Assembly: GCA_963555995.3 (NCBI GenBank)
Contig: OY821641.1
Span: forward strand, 2,208,001-2,272,000
From: Vicinamibacteria bacterium
Lineage (GTDB): Bacteria; Acidobacteriota; Vicinamibacteria; Marinacidobacterales; Marinacidobacteraceae
Direction: 5' to 3'
Length of the DNA stretch: 64,000 bases
The notes below the pieces were generated by a model. The model was not told where the DNA came from and searched no databases. It saw only the letters and a list, made by a program, of their open reading frames with translations. The position numbers and the translations under genes were made by a program. Numbering within the stretch: position 1 is the stretch's first letter; the number at the start of each line of letters is the position of its first letter. Below, piece after piece: positions 8,048 through 17,836 of the stretch.

Positions 8048-9636
8048 CAGCGCACCGCCGGACGAAGCGGCCGTCCGGGACGCAAGACGACGAGCAGCGT
8101 CGCCGCGCAGAAGAGCAGCAGAACCAGCGAAGCGGCCGCCGCCCGGCCGAGTTCGACGTTCTCCGCCGCGCTCCAGACCGTGGTCGCGAGAGTGGCGTAG
8201 CCGGTCGGCGCCAGCATGAGGGTGGCGGGCAGCTCCTTGACGCTGGTCAGGAACACGAGCGCGAGGCCGGAAGCGAGGCCGGGCCCCAGCAGCGGCAGCG
8301 TGATGCGCCGGTGGCGGCGCAGCCAGCGGGCGCCCAGCGAACGCGCCGCGTCATCGAGCCGCGGGCTCAGCGGTCCCAGCGTCGCCTCCACCGGCGCGAT
8401 CGCCTGCGGCAGCATGTGGACCGCATAGGCGAAGACCAGCAGCGCGAGCGTCTGGTAGAGGAACGGCGCGACGTTCACCGCGAAGAACACGAGCGACAGC
8501 CCGACGACCAGTCCCGGCAGCCCGAAACCGATGTGCGAGATGGCGCGCAGCGCGGAGCTGCGCCTCGACGGGAAGCGGACCGTCAGAAAGGCCACCGGTA
8601 CGGCCAGCGCGGTCGTCGCGACCGCGGCGAGCAGCGAAACGAACCCGGTCCGTCCCAGCGCGGCGAAGAGCCCGGTCCCCGCTCCGGCGGGCGCCTGGAT
8701 CAGCCAGTAGAGGCAGACGCCGACCGGCAGGACCAGCGCCGGCAGGAGCACCCCGGAGGCGAGCGCCAGTCCCGCCCACTTCCAGCCGCCGAGCCGGTGG
8801 AGGCGCGGCGGCCGGGCCTGCACCGCCCCCGGCGAGGGCCGCGAAGCGCTCTCGAAACGGCTCGCGGCGGTCAGCACCAGCAGGGTCGCGAACACCAGGA
8901 GGAGGGCGAGGCCCGCCGCGGTGTGGCGGTCCAGCGACCCGCGGACCTGGTTGTAGATGGCCCAGGTGAAGGTCTCGTAGCGGAGCAGGGAGACGGCGCC
9001 GAAGTCGCTCAGCGTGTAGAGGGCCGCCAGCAACCCGCCGGAGAGGAGCGCGGTCGAGAGAAGCGGCAGGGTCACCCGCCGGAACCGCCGCCAGCGGCCG
9101 GCTCCCAGCACCCGGGCGGCGTCCTCGAGCGAGGCGTCCATGACCGCGAACCGCGCGCGCGCCGCCAGGTACACGTACGGGTAGTTCAGCAGCACGAGCA
9201 CCAGGAAGGCGCCCGGGAAGCCGTAGATCTCGGGAAGCCGTTCCCATCCCGTGAAGGGCTCGAGCGCGCGCTGGAGGAGCCCGCGTGGTCCCAGCGCGGT
9301 CGCCACCGTGAAGGCCGCCACGTAGGACGGCACCGCGAGCGGGAGCGCCAGCAGCCCGGTCAGGATGCGCCGGCCCGGAAGGTCGGTCCTCGCGGTGAGC
9401 CAGGCGAGCGGCAGTCCCAGTCCCGCGGACCCCAGGGCGACGGCCGCGGTCAGGAGCAGCGTCCTCCCGGCGATCCCGAAACTGCGCTCGCGCAGCAGCA
9501 CGTCGAGCAGCCCGCCGCCGGCGACCGCCCGGCCCGCCAGATAGACGAGCGGCAACAGGCACATCGCCGCGACCACGATGCCCGCCGCCCGGAGCCGCCG
9601 CGACGGCCAGCGGGTTCGGCGGGCCGGAATGCTCAT
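8047..9636 (-). CDS. Fe(III) ABC transporter permease (FbpB-like, duplicated EAA domains)
   Basis: PLAVPSYV, LEDAARVLG, DFGAVSLL, LDDAARSLG, KELPATLML; ATG at 9636. Confidence 0.9.
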   Translation of the reverse strand: MSIPARRTRWPSRRLRAAGIVVAAMCLLPLVYLAGRAVAGGGLLDVLLRERSFGIAGRTLLLTAAVALGSAGLGLPLAWLTARTDLPGRRILTGLLALPLAVPSYVAAFTVATALGPRGLLQRALEPFTGWERLPEIYGFPGAFLVLVLLNYPYVYLAARARFAVMDASLEDAARVLGAGRWRRFRRVTLPLLSTALLSGGLLAALYTLSDFGAVSLLRYETFTWAIYNQVRGSLDRHTAAGLALLLVFATLLVLTAASRFESASRPSPGAVQARPPRLHRLGGWKWAGLALASGVLLPALVLPVGVCLYWLIQAPAGAGTGLFAALGRTGFVSLLAAVATTALAVPVAFLTVRFPSRRSSALRAISHIGFGLPGLVVGLSLVFFAVNVAPFLYQTLALLVFAYAVHMLPQAIAPVEATLGPLSPRLDDAARSLGARWLRRHRRITLPLLGPGLASGLALVFLTSVKELPATLMLAPTGYATLATTVWSAAENVELGRAAAASLVLLLFCAATLLVVLRPGRPLRPAVR

Positions 9637-9711
9637 GGTTCCCGAACGGCGCCCGTCCCCCGGGTTTCGCCAGCTTGCGGCCAGCGGCGCCAATCCGGGA
9701 GCCGGCGCTCC

Positions 9712-10752
9712 CTAGATTGCTCCGACCTCCCGCAGCAGATCCAGGGTGCCGCGCAGGTCGTCGAGGTCCCCGAGTTCGAGGTCCGGAGGATTGATTTCCG
9801 AGAGCGGAGTAACCGCCGGGTCCGTCGCGATGCCCGGAACCAGCGGGTACTCGTAGGTCTCACCGGCGAAGCGCTCCTGCACCGCTTCGGTGAGCAGGTA
9901 GGCCAGGAATCGCTCGGCGGCCTCGGGGTTGGCCGCGGTGTTGACCACGCCGCCGCCGGAGATGTTGATGAGACCTCCGGCGCCCCCTCCCCGCGGACTC
10001 ACCGTGCGGGCCGCAAACGCATCTCCGTGCTGCACCAGGAAGCGGAAGAGGTAGTAGTGGTTCGAGAGCGCGAGCTCGACCTCGCCGTCCGCGACGGCCT
10101 GGTAGATGGCCGAGTTGTTCGGGTACGCCACCGGCTCGTTCGCGAGCACTCCTTCGAGCCAGGCGCGCGCGGCCTCCTCCCCCTCGAGCAGCCGGACCGC
10201 GGTCACGAAGGCCTGGAAGGATCCGTTGGTGGGCGCCCAGCCGATCCGGCCCTTCCAGCGGGGGTCGGTGAAGCCCTGGATGGTGTCCGGCAGGTCCTCG
10301 GGGGTCAGGAGTTCGGTGTTGTAAACGAACACCCGCGCGCGTCCGGTGGTTCCCACCCAGCGGCCGTCCGGGTCCCGGAACCGGGCCGGAACCCGGTCGA
10401 GGATGGCATCCGGGAGCGGGCTCAGCCGGCCTTCGCCGGCGAGCTGGCCGAGCGCGCCCGCGTCCTGGCCGTAGTACACGTCCGCCGGACTCTCGTCGCC
10501 TTCTTCGAGAATCTGGGCGGCGAGGTCGGCGGTGCCGCCGTAGCGGATCGCCACCTGGATTCCCGTCTCGGCCTGAAACGCCTCGACCACCGGCCCCACG
10601 AGGGATTCACCCCGTCCACAATAGATGGTCAGGGTCTCGGGTTCGGGAGTACCGGTGCAGCCGGCGGCCGCGGTGAGGACAATTGCGGCGGCCGCCAACC
10701 TCCCGAACCGGGCGGTCGAAGGCTTCTTTTCGATATTGAAAATGGGTTTCAT
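9712..10752 (-). CDS. Fe(III) ABC transporter substrate-binding lipoprotein (FbpA/FutA-like)
   Basis: Lipobox AAGC, SPADVYYGQDAG, GRARVFVYN, tandem Tyr iron ligands in NHYYL, YEYPL. Confidence 0.9.
   Translation of the reverse strand: MKPIFNIEKKPSTARFGRLAAAAIVLTAAAGCTGTPEPETLTIYCGRGESLVGPVVEAFQAETGIQVAIRYGGTADLAAQILEEGDESPADVYYGQDAGALGQLAGEGRLSPLPDAILDRVPARFRDPDGRWVGTTGRARVFVYNTELLTPEDLPDTIQGFTDPRWKGRIGWAPTNGSFQAFVTAVRLLEGEEAARAWLEGVLANEPVAYPNNSAIYQAVADGEVELALSNHYYLFRFLVQHGDAFAARTVSPRGGGAGGLINISGGGVVNTAANPEAAERFLAYLLTEAVQERFAGETYEYPLVPGIATDPAVTPLSEINPPDLELGDLDDLRGTLDLLREVGAI
10737..10751. promoter_or_regulatory. Putative Fur-type box
   Basis: TGAAAAT-G-GGTTTCA, an AT-rich imperfect 7-1-7 palindrome resembling TGATAATnATTATCA, at the head of an iron-uptake operon. 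Confidence 0.6.
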
Positions 10753-10819
10753 AGTTGATAACTCTAGCAGAACGGCCGGCCTGGCGCGGGGTTTGCGCCG
10801 CCGGTGTTCGTCCTTCCTG

Positions 10820-11929
10820 ATGTTCCCCACGCGCCGCGTCACCGCCTTCCTGCTGGGCGCTTCGCTGGCCAGCCTGCCCCTGACGGCAAGCGGCGCACAG
10901 ATCGAACTCGAACGGCGGGTCTCCGAGGTCTATCGGACGGCCAGCCCGGCGGTCGTGAACATCACCGCCCAGATCCAGAGTTACGACTGGTTCCGCGGCC
11001 AGGTCACCCAGGAGGGCTCGGGTTCCGGGTTCGTCTATGACTCCCGGGGCCGGATCGTGACCAACTACCACGTGGTGGAAGCCGCCGACCAGCTTCAGGT
11101 CACCTTCAAGGGCGGCGAGGTGCGGGACGCCCGCCTCGTCGGCGCCGATCCTGCCAACGATCTCGCGGTGCTGGAGGTGGCCGCGGGAGCCGGCGATCCC
11201 AGGCCGCTGACGCTGGGAGACTCGGACGCTCTGGAGGTGGGACGCTTCGTGGTGGCCATCGGACACCCCTTCGGCCTCGACCAGACTCTCACCACCGGGG
11301 TGGTGAGCGGCCTGGGGCGCGTCATCGAGAGTCCCGACCAGGGATTCATCGGGGAGATCATCCAGACCGACGCGGCCATCAACCAGGGCAACTCGGGGGG
11401 GCCGCTCCTCGATCTCGACGGCCGGGTGGTGGGCGTGAACAGCGCCATCGTGAGCCCCACCGGGACCTCGGCCGGCATCGGCTACGCGATCCCCGCCACC
11501 ACGCTGGCGCGCGTCGTGCCGGAACTCATCGAGAACGGCCGGTATCCCCATCCCCACCTGGCCATCTCCGTCCAGGAGATCCCCGAGCGGTTCGCCGGCT
11601 ACTTCCGGCGGGCCGGAATCGCCGCCCCCCCGGAGGGGGGCCTGATGATCCGGGCAGTCGCCCGCGGAGGGCCCGCCGACCGCGCGGGCCTGCGGGGCGC
11701 CGGCAGGGTCGGCCGGATCGGCAACCTCCGGGTCCGCTACGGCGGGGACTACCTGCTGGCGGTGGACGGGCGGACCGTCCGCACGGAGCGCGACCTCCTG
11801 CTCCTTCTCGAAACGAACTACCGGGTCGGTGACGAGGTCGGCCTGCGGATCTGGCGGGACGAGCGCGAACTCGACGTCCGGGTGCGGCTCATTGACCGCG
11901 ACACGGTCATCCGCCGCCGGCGGCGTTAG
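10820..11929 (+). CDS. HtrA/DegP-family trypsin-like serine protease with PDZ domain
   Basis: Signal peptide, GSGSGF, VTNYHV, DLAVL, QTDAAINQGNSGGPL, C-terminal PDZ. Confidence 0.93.
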   Translation: MFPTRRVTAFLLGASLASLPLTASGAQIELERRVSEVYRTASPAVVNITAQIQSYDWFRGQVTQEGSGSGFVYDSRGRIVTNYHVVEAADQLQVTFKGGEVRDARLVGADPANDLAVLEVAAGAGDPRPLTLGDSDALEVGRFVVAIGHPFGLDQTLTTGVVSGLGRVIESPDQGFIGEIIQTDAAINQGNSGGPLLDLDGRVVGVNSAIVSPTGTSAGIGYAIPATTLARVVPELIENGRYPHPHLAISVQEIPERFAGYFRRAGIAAPPEGGLMIRAVARGGPADRAGLRGAGRVGRIGNLRVRYGGDYLLAVDGRTVRTERDLLLLLETNYRVGDEVGLRIWRDERELDVRVRLIDRDTVIRRRRR

Positions 11930-13668
11930 AAGTTAGAGCTCCGTCCCATCAGGCGCGAGACCGCGAACCCGGACACCACCGCCAGGACCGCCCACGACAG
12001 GGTGACGCCGAGGCCGCGGCCGAAGAGCACGGCGCCGGCGCCGAAGAGCACCGAATAGACCATCACGCAGGCCACCGGCCACGCCAGGAAGGCGCGGGCG
12101 GACGGTTCGGGGCGCGTCCGGGTGCGCGCGTAGGCGGCGCTCCAGCCGGCCCGCGGCGGCCGGGTGCGCTCGACGAAGCGATCGAGCGTCCCGTTCGGCT
12201 CGGCCGGCGTCAGGAGGGTGACGCCCAGCCAGATCACCGTGGTGGCGGCGAGGCCGATCACGAGCCCCTGGATGGATCCCGGTTCGATCCCGAGCAGCGG
12301 GAGGGAGGCCGCCACCGCGAGCGATCCCGCCATGGCGGAGATCTCGCTCCAGGCGTTGATGCGCCACCACAGCCAGCGGGCGATGAAGAGCGGCCCGGTC
12401 CCGGCGCCGATCTGGAGCAGTAGCCCGAAGCCGCCCCGGGCCGTGTCAATGAACAGGGTGAGGAGCCCCGCCGCCGCCATCAGGAGGACGGTCGCGACCC
12501 GCGCCACCGCCACGGATTCCGAGGCCCCGGCGGCGGGCCGGAAGAACCGGCGGTACACGTCCTCCACCACGTAGGAGGCGCCCCAGTTCAGGTGCGTGTC
12601 CACGGTGGACATGTACGCCCCGGCGAGCGAGGCGGCGGCCAGACCGAGCAGCCCCGGCGGCAGCAGCCGGAGCATGAGCGGATAGGCGAGGTCGTCGCCG
12701 ACGAGCGCCGGGTCGAGGCCCGGCAGCGCGTTCCGGAGCGCCGCGAGGTCGGGATAGACGGCCAGCGAGGCCAGGGCCACCAGGATCCAGGGCCACGGCC
12801 GCAGCGTGTAGTGGGCGATGTTGAACCAGAGCGTCCCCCGGAGCGCGTCCTTCTCGCTGCGGGCGGCCAGCATCCGCTGGGCGACGTAGCCGCCACCCCC
12901 CGGTTCCGCCCCCGGATACCAGACGCTCCACCACTGGAGCGCCACCGGCACTACGAAGAGGACGGCGAACGCCTCGGTCCCGGTCGGCGGGACGATGGCG
13001 AGGCGGTCCCCGAACTGCTCCACGAGGCCCGACAGCCCGCCCACCGCCGGGTGGTCGAGCGCCCACACCGCCGCCACCACGGCCCCCACCATCGAAACGA
13101 CGAACTGCAGGAGGTCGGTGACCACCACCCCCCAGAAACCCGCGACCACCGCGTAGGCGGCGGCGAGGCCGCCGGCGATGAGGACGGCCGTGGACTTTTC
13201 GAGTCCGAAGAGGACGCCCCCGATCTTGGCGCCCGCGAGGGTGACCGTGGCAATGACCACGCAGTTGAAGAAGACCCCGAGATAGACGGCGCGGAACCCC
13301 CGCAGGAAGGCGGCCGGTCTCCCCGCGTAGCGGATCTCGTAGAACCCGAGGTCCGTCGTCAGCCGGCTCCGGCGCCAGAGGGGCGCGAAGACGAACACGG
13401 TGAGCATCCCGGTGATGCAGAAGGCCCACCAGGCCCAGTTGGCGGCGACCCCGTTCTGGCGAACCAGTTCGGCGACCAGGTTCGGGGTGTCGGTGGAGAA
13501 GGTGGTCGCGACCATCGAGGTCCCGAGCAGCCACCAGGGAAGCCGCCGGCCGGCGAGGAAGAAGGAGTCGCTGTCCTGCGCCGCGAAGCGGACCGCCCAG
13601 AGGCCGATGGCGACCGCCGCGCCCACGTAGAGCCCGAAGACGATCCAGTCCAGGCCGCCGAATGCCAT
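11926..13668 (-). CDS. Sodium:solute symporter (SSS family)
   Basis: FFLAGRRLPWW, SMVATTFSTDTP, YVAQRMLAA, AYMSTVDTHLNWGASY. Confidence 0.92.
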   Translation of the reverse strand: MAFGGLDWIVFGLYVGAAVAIGLWAVRFAAQDSDSFFLAGRRLPWWLLGTSMVATTFSTDTPNLVAELVRQNGVAANWAWWAFCITGMLTVFVFAPLWRRSRLTTDLGFYEIRYAGRPAAFLRGFRAVYLGVFFNCVVIATVTLAGAKIGGVLFGLEKSTAVLIAGGLAAAYAVVAGFWGVVVTDLLQFVVSMVGAVVAAVWALDHPAVGGLSGLVEQFGDRLAIVPPTGTEAFAVLFVVPVALQWWSVWYPGAEPGGGGYVAQRMLAARSEKDALRGTLWFNIAHYTLRPWPWILVALASLAVYPDLAALRNALPGLDPALVGDDLAYPLMLRLLPPGLLGLAAASLAGAYMSTVDTHLNWGASYVVEDVYRRFFRPAAGASESVAVARVATVLLMAAAGLLTLFIDTARGGFGLLLQIGAGTGPLFIARWLWWRINAWSEISAMAGSLAVAASLPLLGIEPGSIQGLVIGLAATTVIWLGVTLLTPAEPNGTLDRFVERTRPPRAGWSAAYARTRTRPEPSARAFLAWPVACVMVYSVLFGAGAVLFGRGLGVTLSWAVLAVVSGFAVSRLMGRSSNF

Positions 13669-13733
13669 CGGCGGTACACCGTACCCGAATGCAGCCGCCA
13701 CGTTCCGGGGAGCGTCCTAAACTCTCGCCTCCG

Positions 13734-14603
13734 ATGCGCGTCGCGGCCGTCCTCTGGGGCTCCCTGGCGCTGGCGGCGAGCGCGGCTTTCGCGCAGGAAG
13801 TCCCGATCGGAGACCACGACGCCGCGGAAGCGCTGCTCGCCCGGGTGCTCGACCATCGCGAGTCGGTCCGGCCGCTGGAGGGCGGCCTCACCTTCCGCCA
13901 GTTGATCACCACCGAGCGGCTCGACGAGGAGCGGAAGGTCGTCGCGAGCGCCAACGCGCTCTACGAATACGAGCCGGTGTTCGGCCGGCACCTGTGGAAG
14001 CTGCTGGAGCTCGACGGCGAGCCGATCGCGGGGCGGCGTTTCCGCCGCGAGGAGCGGCGCTACCGGCGGGCCATCGAAGCCGCGAAGGAGGAGGCGGAAG
14101 AGGACCGCCGGGCGCTGGAACGACAGGATCCGGACTACGAGATCCTCCCGAAGAACGGGATGGACCTCTTCTACAAGATCGTCAGGGACGCGATCGAACT
14201 CGAAATGTTCGAGGGGGAGCTGTTGCGGCGCGACACCTGGCGCGGTCGTCCCGTCCAGGTGGTCCGTTTCCGGCCCCGCCCGGGGTTCGATGACGCCCCG
14301 AACCGCATGATGTCGGTGGTCTCGAAGTGCGAGGGGGAACTCTGGGTGGACACGGAGAACCGGCAGATCGCCCGCGTCCGGACGGTGCTCACCGAGGCGG
14401 AGAACTTCGTCGCGGGACTCTTCGGGCGCCTCCACCGCGGGACGAGCGCCGATGTGGAAAGCGAGTTCGACGGTGAAATCTGGCTCCCCAAACGGGTGAC
14501 CATGACCGTGGACGCCCGCATGTTCTTCATTCGCCGGATCCGCCGGCGGGTCCACTACGACTTCCTGGACTTTCGCTCGTTCGTGGCGCCGGTGGGCCGA
14601 TAG
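13734..14603 (+). CDS. Hypothetical exported protein (beta-rich, LolA-like appearance)
   Basis: Signal peptide ending AFA-Q; GELWVDTENRQIARV and GEIWLPKRV motifs. Confidence 0.7.
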   Translation: MRVAAVLWGSLALAASAAFAQEVPIGDHDAAEALLARVLDHRESVRPLEGGLTFRQLITTERLDEERKVVASANALYEYEPVFGRHLWKLLELDGEPIAGRRFRREERRYRRAIEAAKEEAEEDRRALERQDPDYEILPKNGMDLFYKIVRDAIELEMFEGELLRRDTWRGRPVQVVRFRPRPGFDDAPNRMMSVVSKCEGELWVDTENRQIARVRTVLTEAENFVAGLFGRLHRGTSADVESEFDGEIWLPKRVTMTVDARMFFIRRIRRRVHYDFLDFRSFVAPVGR

Positions 14604-14618
14604 GCTTATGCGCGTTTC

Positions 14619-15368
14619 ATGCTGACCCTGCGCGGACTGGAAGGAATTCCCGAGGTCCAACCCGGCGACGACCTGGCGCGGCTCGTGCTCGGCGGCATGC
14701 TCCAGGCGGGCGCCGAGCCCGCCGACGGTGACGTGGTGGTCGTGTGCCACAAGGTGGTCTCCAAGGCCGAAGGCAGCCTGGCGGCCCTGGACCGGTTGCA
14801 GCCAACGAAGATCGCCCGCGCCTGGGCGGCGGAACACGGGCGGGATCCCCGGGAGATCCAGGCGGTGCTGGGCGAGGCCCGCGACATGGTCCGCGTGGGA
14901 CACGGGGTGCTGATCACCGAAACGCGGCACGGTTTCGTCTGCGCCAACTCGGGGGTGGACCGGTCGAATGTGCCCGAAGGCCTGGTGTGCCTCCTGCCGA
15001 AGGATCCCGACGGCTCGGCGCGGCGGCTTGCCGAGCGGCTCTCGGAGGCGACCGAGACGCAGTTGGGGGTCGTCATCACCGACACCTGGGGACGGCCGTT
15101 CCGTCTCGGGGCAGTCAACGTGGCCATCGGGATCGCCGGTGTGCCGGCGCTCCACGACTACCGCGGCCAGGCGGATTCCACCGGCCGGACCCTCCAGTCC
15201 TCGACGGTGGCGATCGCCGACGAACTGGCGGGCGCCGCCGGTCTCGTCATGGGGAAGCTGCGGCGCATTCCGGCGGTGCTGGCGCAGGGCCTCCCGTCGC
15301 ATCCGGGGGCGGCACCGGGAATGGGAGCCGCGCTCCTCCGGAGCCGCGGAAAAGACATCTTCCGGTGA
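14619..15368 (+). CDS. cofE: Coenzyme F420-0:L-glutamate ligase
   Basis: PEVQPGDDLA, HKVVSKAEG, ANSGVDRSN, LLPKDPDGSA, ITDTWGRPFRLG, AIADELAGAA. Confidence 0.93.
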   Translation: MLTLRGLEGIPEVQPGDDLARLVLGGMLQAGAEPADGDVVVVCHKVVSKAEGSLAALDRLQPTKIARAWAAEHGRDPREIQAVLGEARDMVRVGHGVLITETRHGFVCANSGVDRSNVPEGLVCLLPKDPDGSARRLAERLSEATETQLGVVITDTWGRPFRLGAVNVAIGIAGVPALHDYRGQADSTGRTLQSSTVAIADELAGAAGLVMGKLRRIPAVLAQGLPSHPGAAPGMGAALLRSRGKDIFR

Positions 15369-16069
15369 CGGGTCCCCGCGTCGCAGTGCTCGGGGGGTCC
15401 GGACAGTTCGGGCTGGGGCTCGCGCGGCGGCTCGCGCTCGGCGGCGCCGAAGTGGTGATCGGCTCCCGCAACGAACAACGGGCGGTGGAGGCCGCGGCGC
15501 GGGTGCGAGGCGGCCTCGATACGGGAGGCGCGGCGTCGGACCCGGGGCGGGAACTCCTCGTTACTGGCGCGACGAACCGGACGGCGGCCGGGGCCGGGGA
15601 CGTGGTGTTCCTCTCGGTTCCTTTCGCCGGCCAGGAGGCCCTCCTCGACGAAATCGGTTCCGCACTCGACGGGAAGCTGGTGGTCTGCTGCGGCGTACTG
15701 TGGCCGCCGGGGTCCCGCCCGGAAACCTCCGCCGCCGAGGAGGCCGAGCGGGTTCTGCGGCGGGCGGGCGCCGGGAGGGTGCGCGTCGCCGCGGCCTTCC
15801 AGACGGTCGCCGCCGGCCTCCTGCGGCTCCCTCCGGGAGCGGAGGGTACGGACCCCGGGCCGGATGTCCTGGTCTTCGCCGACGAGACCGCCGACCGCGA
15901 GGCGGCCGCCCGAACGGCGGCACTCACCGGGCTCCGGGCCGTACCGGTCGGGCCGCTCCGGAAGTCCCGCGCGGCGGAGGCCGCGCTCGGAATGCTCCTC
16001 GAACTCAACCGGCACTCGGCCCGGCACGCCGGGCTCATGGTCACGGGGCTGAATTCGGACGGCAGATGA
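15365..16069 (+). CDS. npdG: NADPH-dependent F420 reductase (Fno/NpdG family)
   Basis: GTG overlaps the cofE stop; VLGGSGQFGLGLA, VIGSR, ATNRTAA, SVPF, SAAE, AAFQTVAA. Confidence 0.75.
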   Translation: MTGPRVAVLGGSGQFGLGLARRLALGGAEVVIGSRNEQRAVEAAARVRGGLDTGGAASDPGRELLVTGATNRTAAGAGDVVFLSVPFAGQEALLDEIGSALDGKLVVCCGVLWPPGSRPETSAAEEAERVLRRAGAGRVRVAAAFQTVAAGLLRLPPGAEGTDPGPDVLVFADETADREAAARTAALTGLRAVPVGPLRKSRAAEAALGMLLELNRHSARHAGLMVTGLNSDGR

Positions 16070-17106
16070 ACTCCCGTTTCGCACCGAAACGGCTCCTCGT
16101 GGCGGCTCTCCCGTTCGCCGGGGCGGCGCTCATCCTCGCGCTGCTGTTCCGCCGCATCCCGCCGGAGCGGATGCTGGAGGCGCTGCGCGGGGCGGACCTG
16201 GCTCCGTTCTTCGCGGCGCTCCTTCCGGTCTCCGTCCTCTACGTCCTCCTCGACGGCGTGCTGCTGGCGGTGGTGCTGCGCTGGTTCCATCCTCCCGGGA
16301 TCGGCTTCCGGGAATCGCTCGCGGTCCGGGCGGTGGACTACCTGGTTTCGCTGTGGAACGGACGCGCCTCCCAGGCCGCCATGGTGGGCGCCCTCGGACG
16401 GCGCTTCGGAGGCGCGGGCGGCGGCGAGGCCCATCCGGATTCGGGCTACTGGGAATGCGCCGGGACGATCCTCTTCCTCGACCTCTGCCAGCGCGGCCAT
16501 CTCCTCCTCTGGGCGGCGGGGGGCGCGATCATTTTGGGCAGCGCCGCGCCCGAACGCGTCCCGGCGGCCGCCGCCCTCGGTTTCGCCGGCCTCTGCCTGC
16601 TGGTCGCCTTCCTGCGGGGCCGTCTCGAGGGCGCGGGCCTCGGGCCCCCGCGATGGCGGCTCCTCCAGTCCCTCCGGAGAGCCTCCCCCCGGCACTACGC
16701 CGCGGTGTTCGCCCTGAAGGCGCCCCTGATCGTCGCCGCCGCCGTGGGACACCACTTCGCCCTCGGGGCCTTCGGCATCCCGATTCCCGTTGGAACCCTC
16801 GTGGCCACCCTTCCGATCATCTTTCTCGCGGGCGCCCTCCCGATCGCGGTGGCGCGCATCGGCACGAGCCAAGCCGCCTGGATCTACTTCCACGCGGGAG
16901 CCGCGGCGTCGTCACCGGGGGGAGAAGCCGCCCTCCTCGCCTACAGCCTGTCCGCCCACCTGACCTTCCTGCTCCTGAACGCGGCGCTCGCCGCGCCGTT
17001 TCTCCCGGCGGCCTGGCGGACGATCCGCGGCGCTCCGGGAGTGCTCAGTCGAGCCGGCGGTACACGCTCCGGAGCAGCAGCGGATCCCCTCTCCGCGGCA
17101 TCTTGA
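16066..17106 (+). CDS. Lysylphosphatidylglycerol synthase TM / flippase-like (UPF0104) membrane protein
   Basis: ATGA overlap with npdG; multiple TM helices; LPIAVARIGTSQAAW resembles the family LP.t.gG.G..e motif. Confidence 0.7.
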   Translation: MNSRFAPKRLLVAALPFAGAALILALLFRRIPPERMLEALRGADLAPFFAALLPVSVLYVLLDGVLLAVVLRWFHPPGIGFRESLAVRAVDYLVSLWNGRASQAAMVGALGRRFGGAGGGEAHPDSGYWECAGTILFLDLCQRGHLLLWAAGGAIILGSAAPERVPAAAALGFAGLCLLVAFLRGRLEGAGLGPPRWRLLQSLRRASPRHYAAVFALKAPLIVAAAVGHHFALGAFGIPIPVGTLVATLPIIFLAGALPIAVARIGTSQAAWIYFHAGAAASSPGGEAALLAYSLSAHLTFLLLNAALAAPFLPAAWRTIRGAPGVLSRAGGTRSGAAADPLSAAS

Positions 17107-17701
17107 GTTCGGTGCGCACCACCAGCACGTCGTCCGTGGCCTGGAGGGTCCGGAACAGCTCGAGCTTCCCGAAGGGCAGTTCCCGTTCCTCCCGGACACG
17201 CGCGATGCCGCCGCGGAACTCGGCCACGCTGGTGATCCGCCCCCCGCGGCCATCCTCGCGGGCGTGCTCCTCGCCGTCCAGATAGAGGATCTGGACCCGC
17301 TCGTCGAGCACCAGCCGCAGTTCACCGGCATCGGCTTCGATCTCCAGCAGGTCCGGCAGGCTCAGGAGAGGAGTTCCACCCCCGCCCGGGCGGCCGCGCA
17401 TGCCGTCCCGGCCCATGCCGCCTCTTCCCATGCCGCCCCGGCCGCCTCGCGACCCGAAACCCCGGCCCCCGCGCGCGCCGCGCCGGTCCTCGTCTTCCGC
17501 CGCCGCCCGCTGCAGGACCTCGGCCGGATCGTCGCTTTGCTCGGGGTCGAGTTCCCAGAGCCCGGCAAGGTCGGCGGGGCCCTGGGCGGCTGCCGCCGGC
17601 GCCGCACCGAGAGCAACGAGGAAGACGCCCGCCAACACGGACGCCAAGGCTCCGGCGAGGGAATTCGGAGAAGACCCGCGGGGGGTTGCCGGGACCGTCA
17701 T
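17045..17701 (-). CDS. Hypothetical exported protein with Gly/Arg-rich insert
   Basis: Signal peptide, DLAGLWELDPEQSD, GGRGGMGRGGMG tract, C-terminal RSVYRR; -10-like TAGACT 7 nt before the ATG. Confidence 0.7.
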   Translation of the reverse strand: MTVPATPRGSSPNSLAGALASVLAGVFLVALGAAPAAAAQGPADLAGLWELDPEQSDDPAEVLQRAAAEDEDRRGARGGRGFGSRGGRGGMGRGGMGRDGMRGRPGGGGTPLLSLPDLLEIEADAGELRLVLDERVQILYLDGEEHAREDGRGGRITSVAEFRGGIARVREERELPFGKLELFRTLQATDDVLVVRTELKMPRRGDPLLLRSVYRRLD

Positions 17702-17836
17702 CGGGGTCAGTCTATCGGGGGTTTCGAGCATGATGCATCGCCGTGCGCAAGACCCGCGCCAGAGCGGTTTCGGGGGGCGTTTGCCTGTCTCCCGGAGCCT
17801 CCATAGAATGGACCAATTCGGAGACGTAACCCGCGT

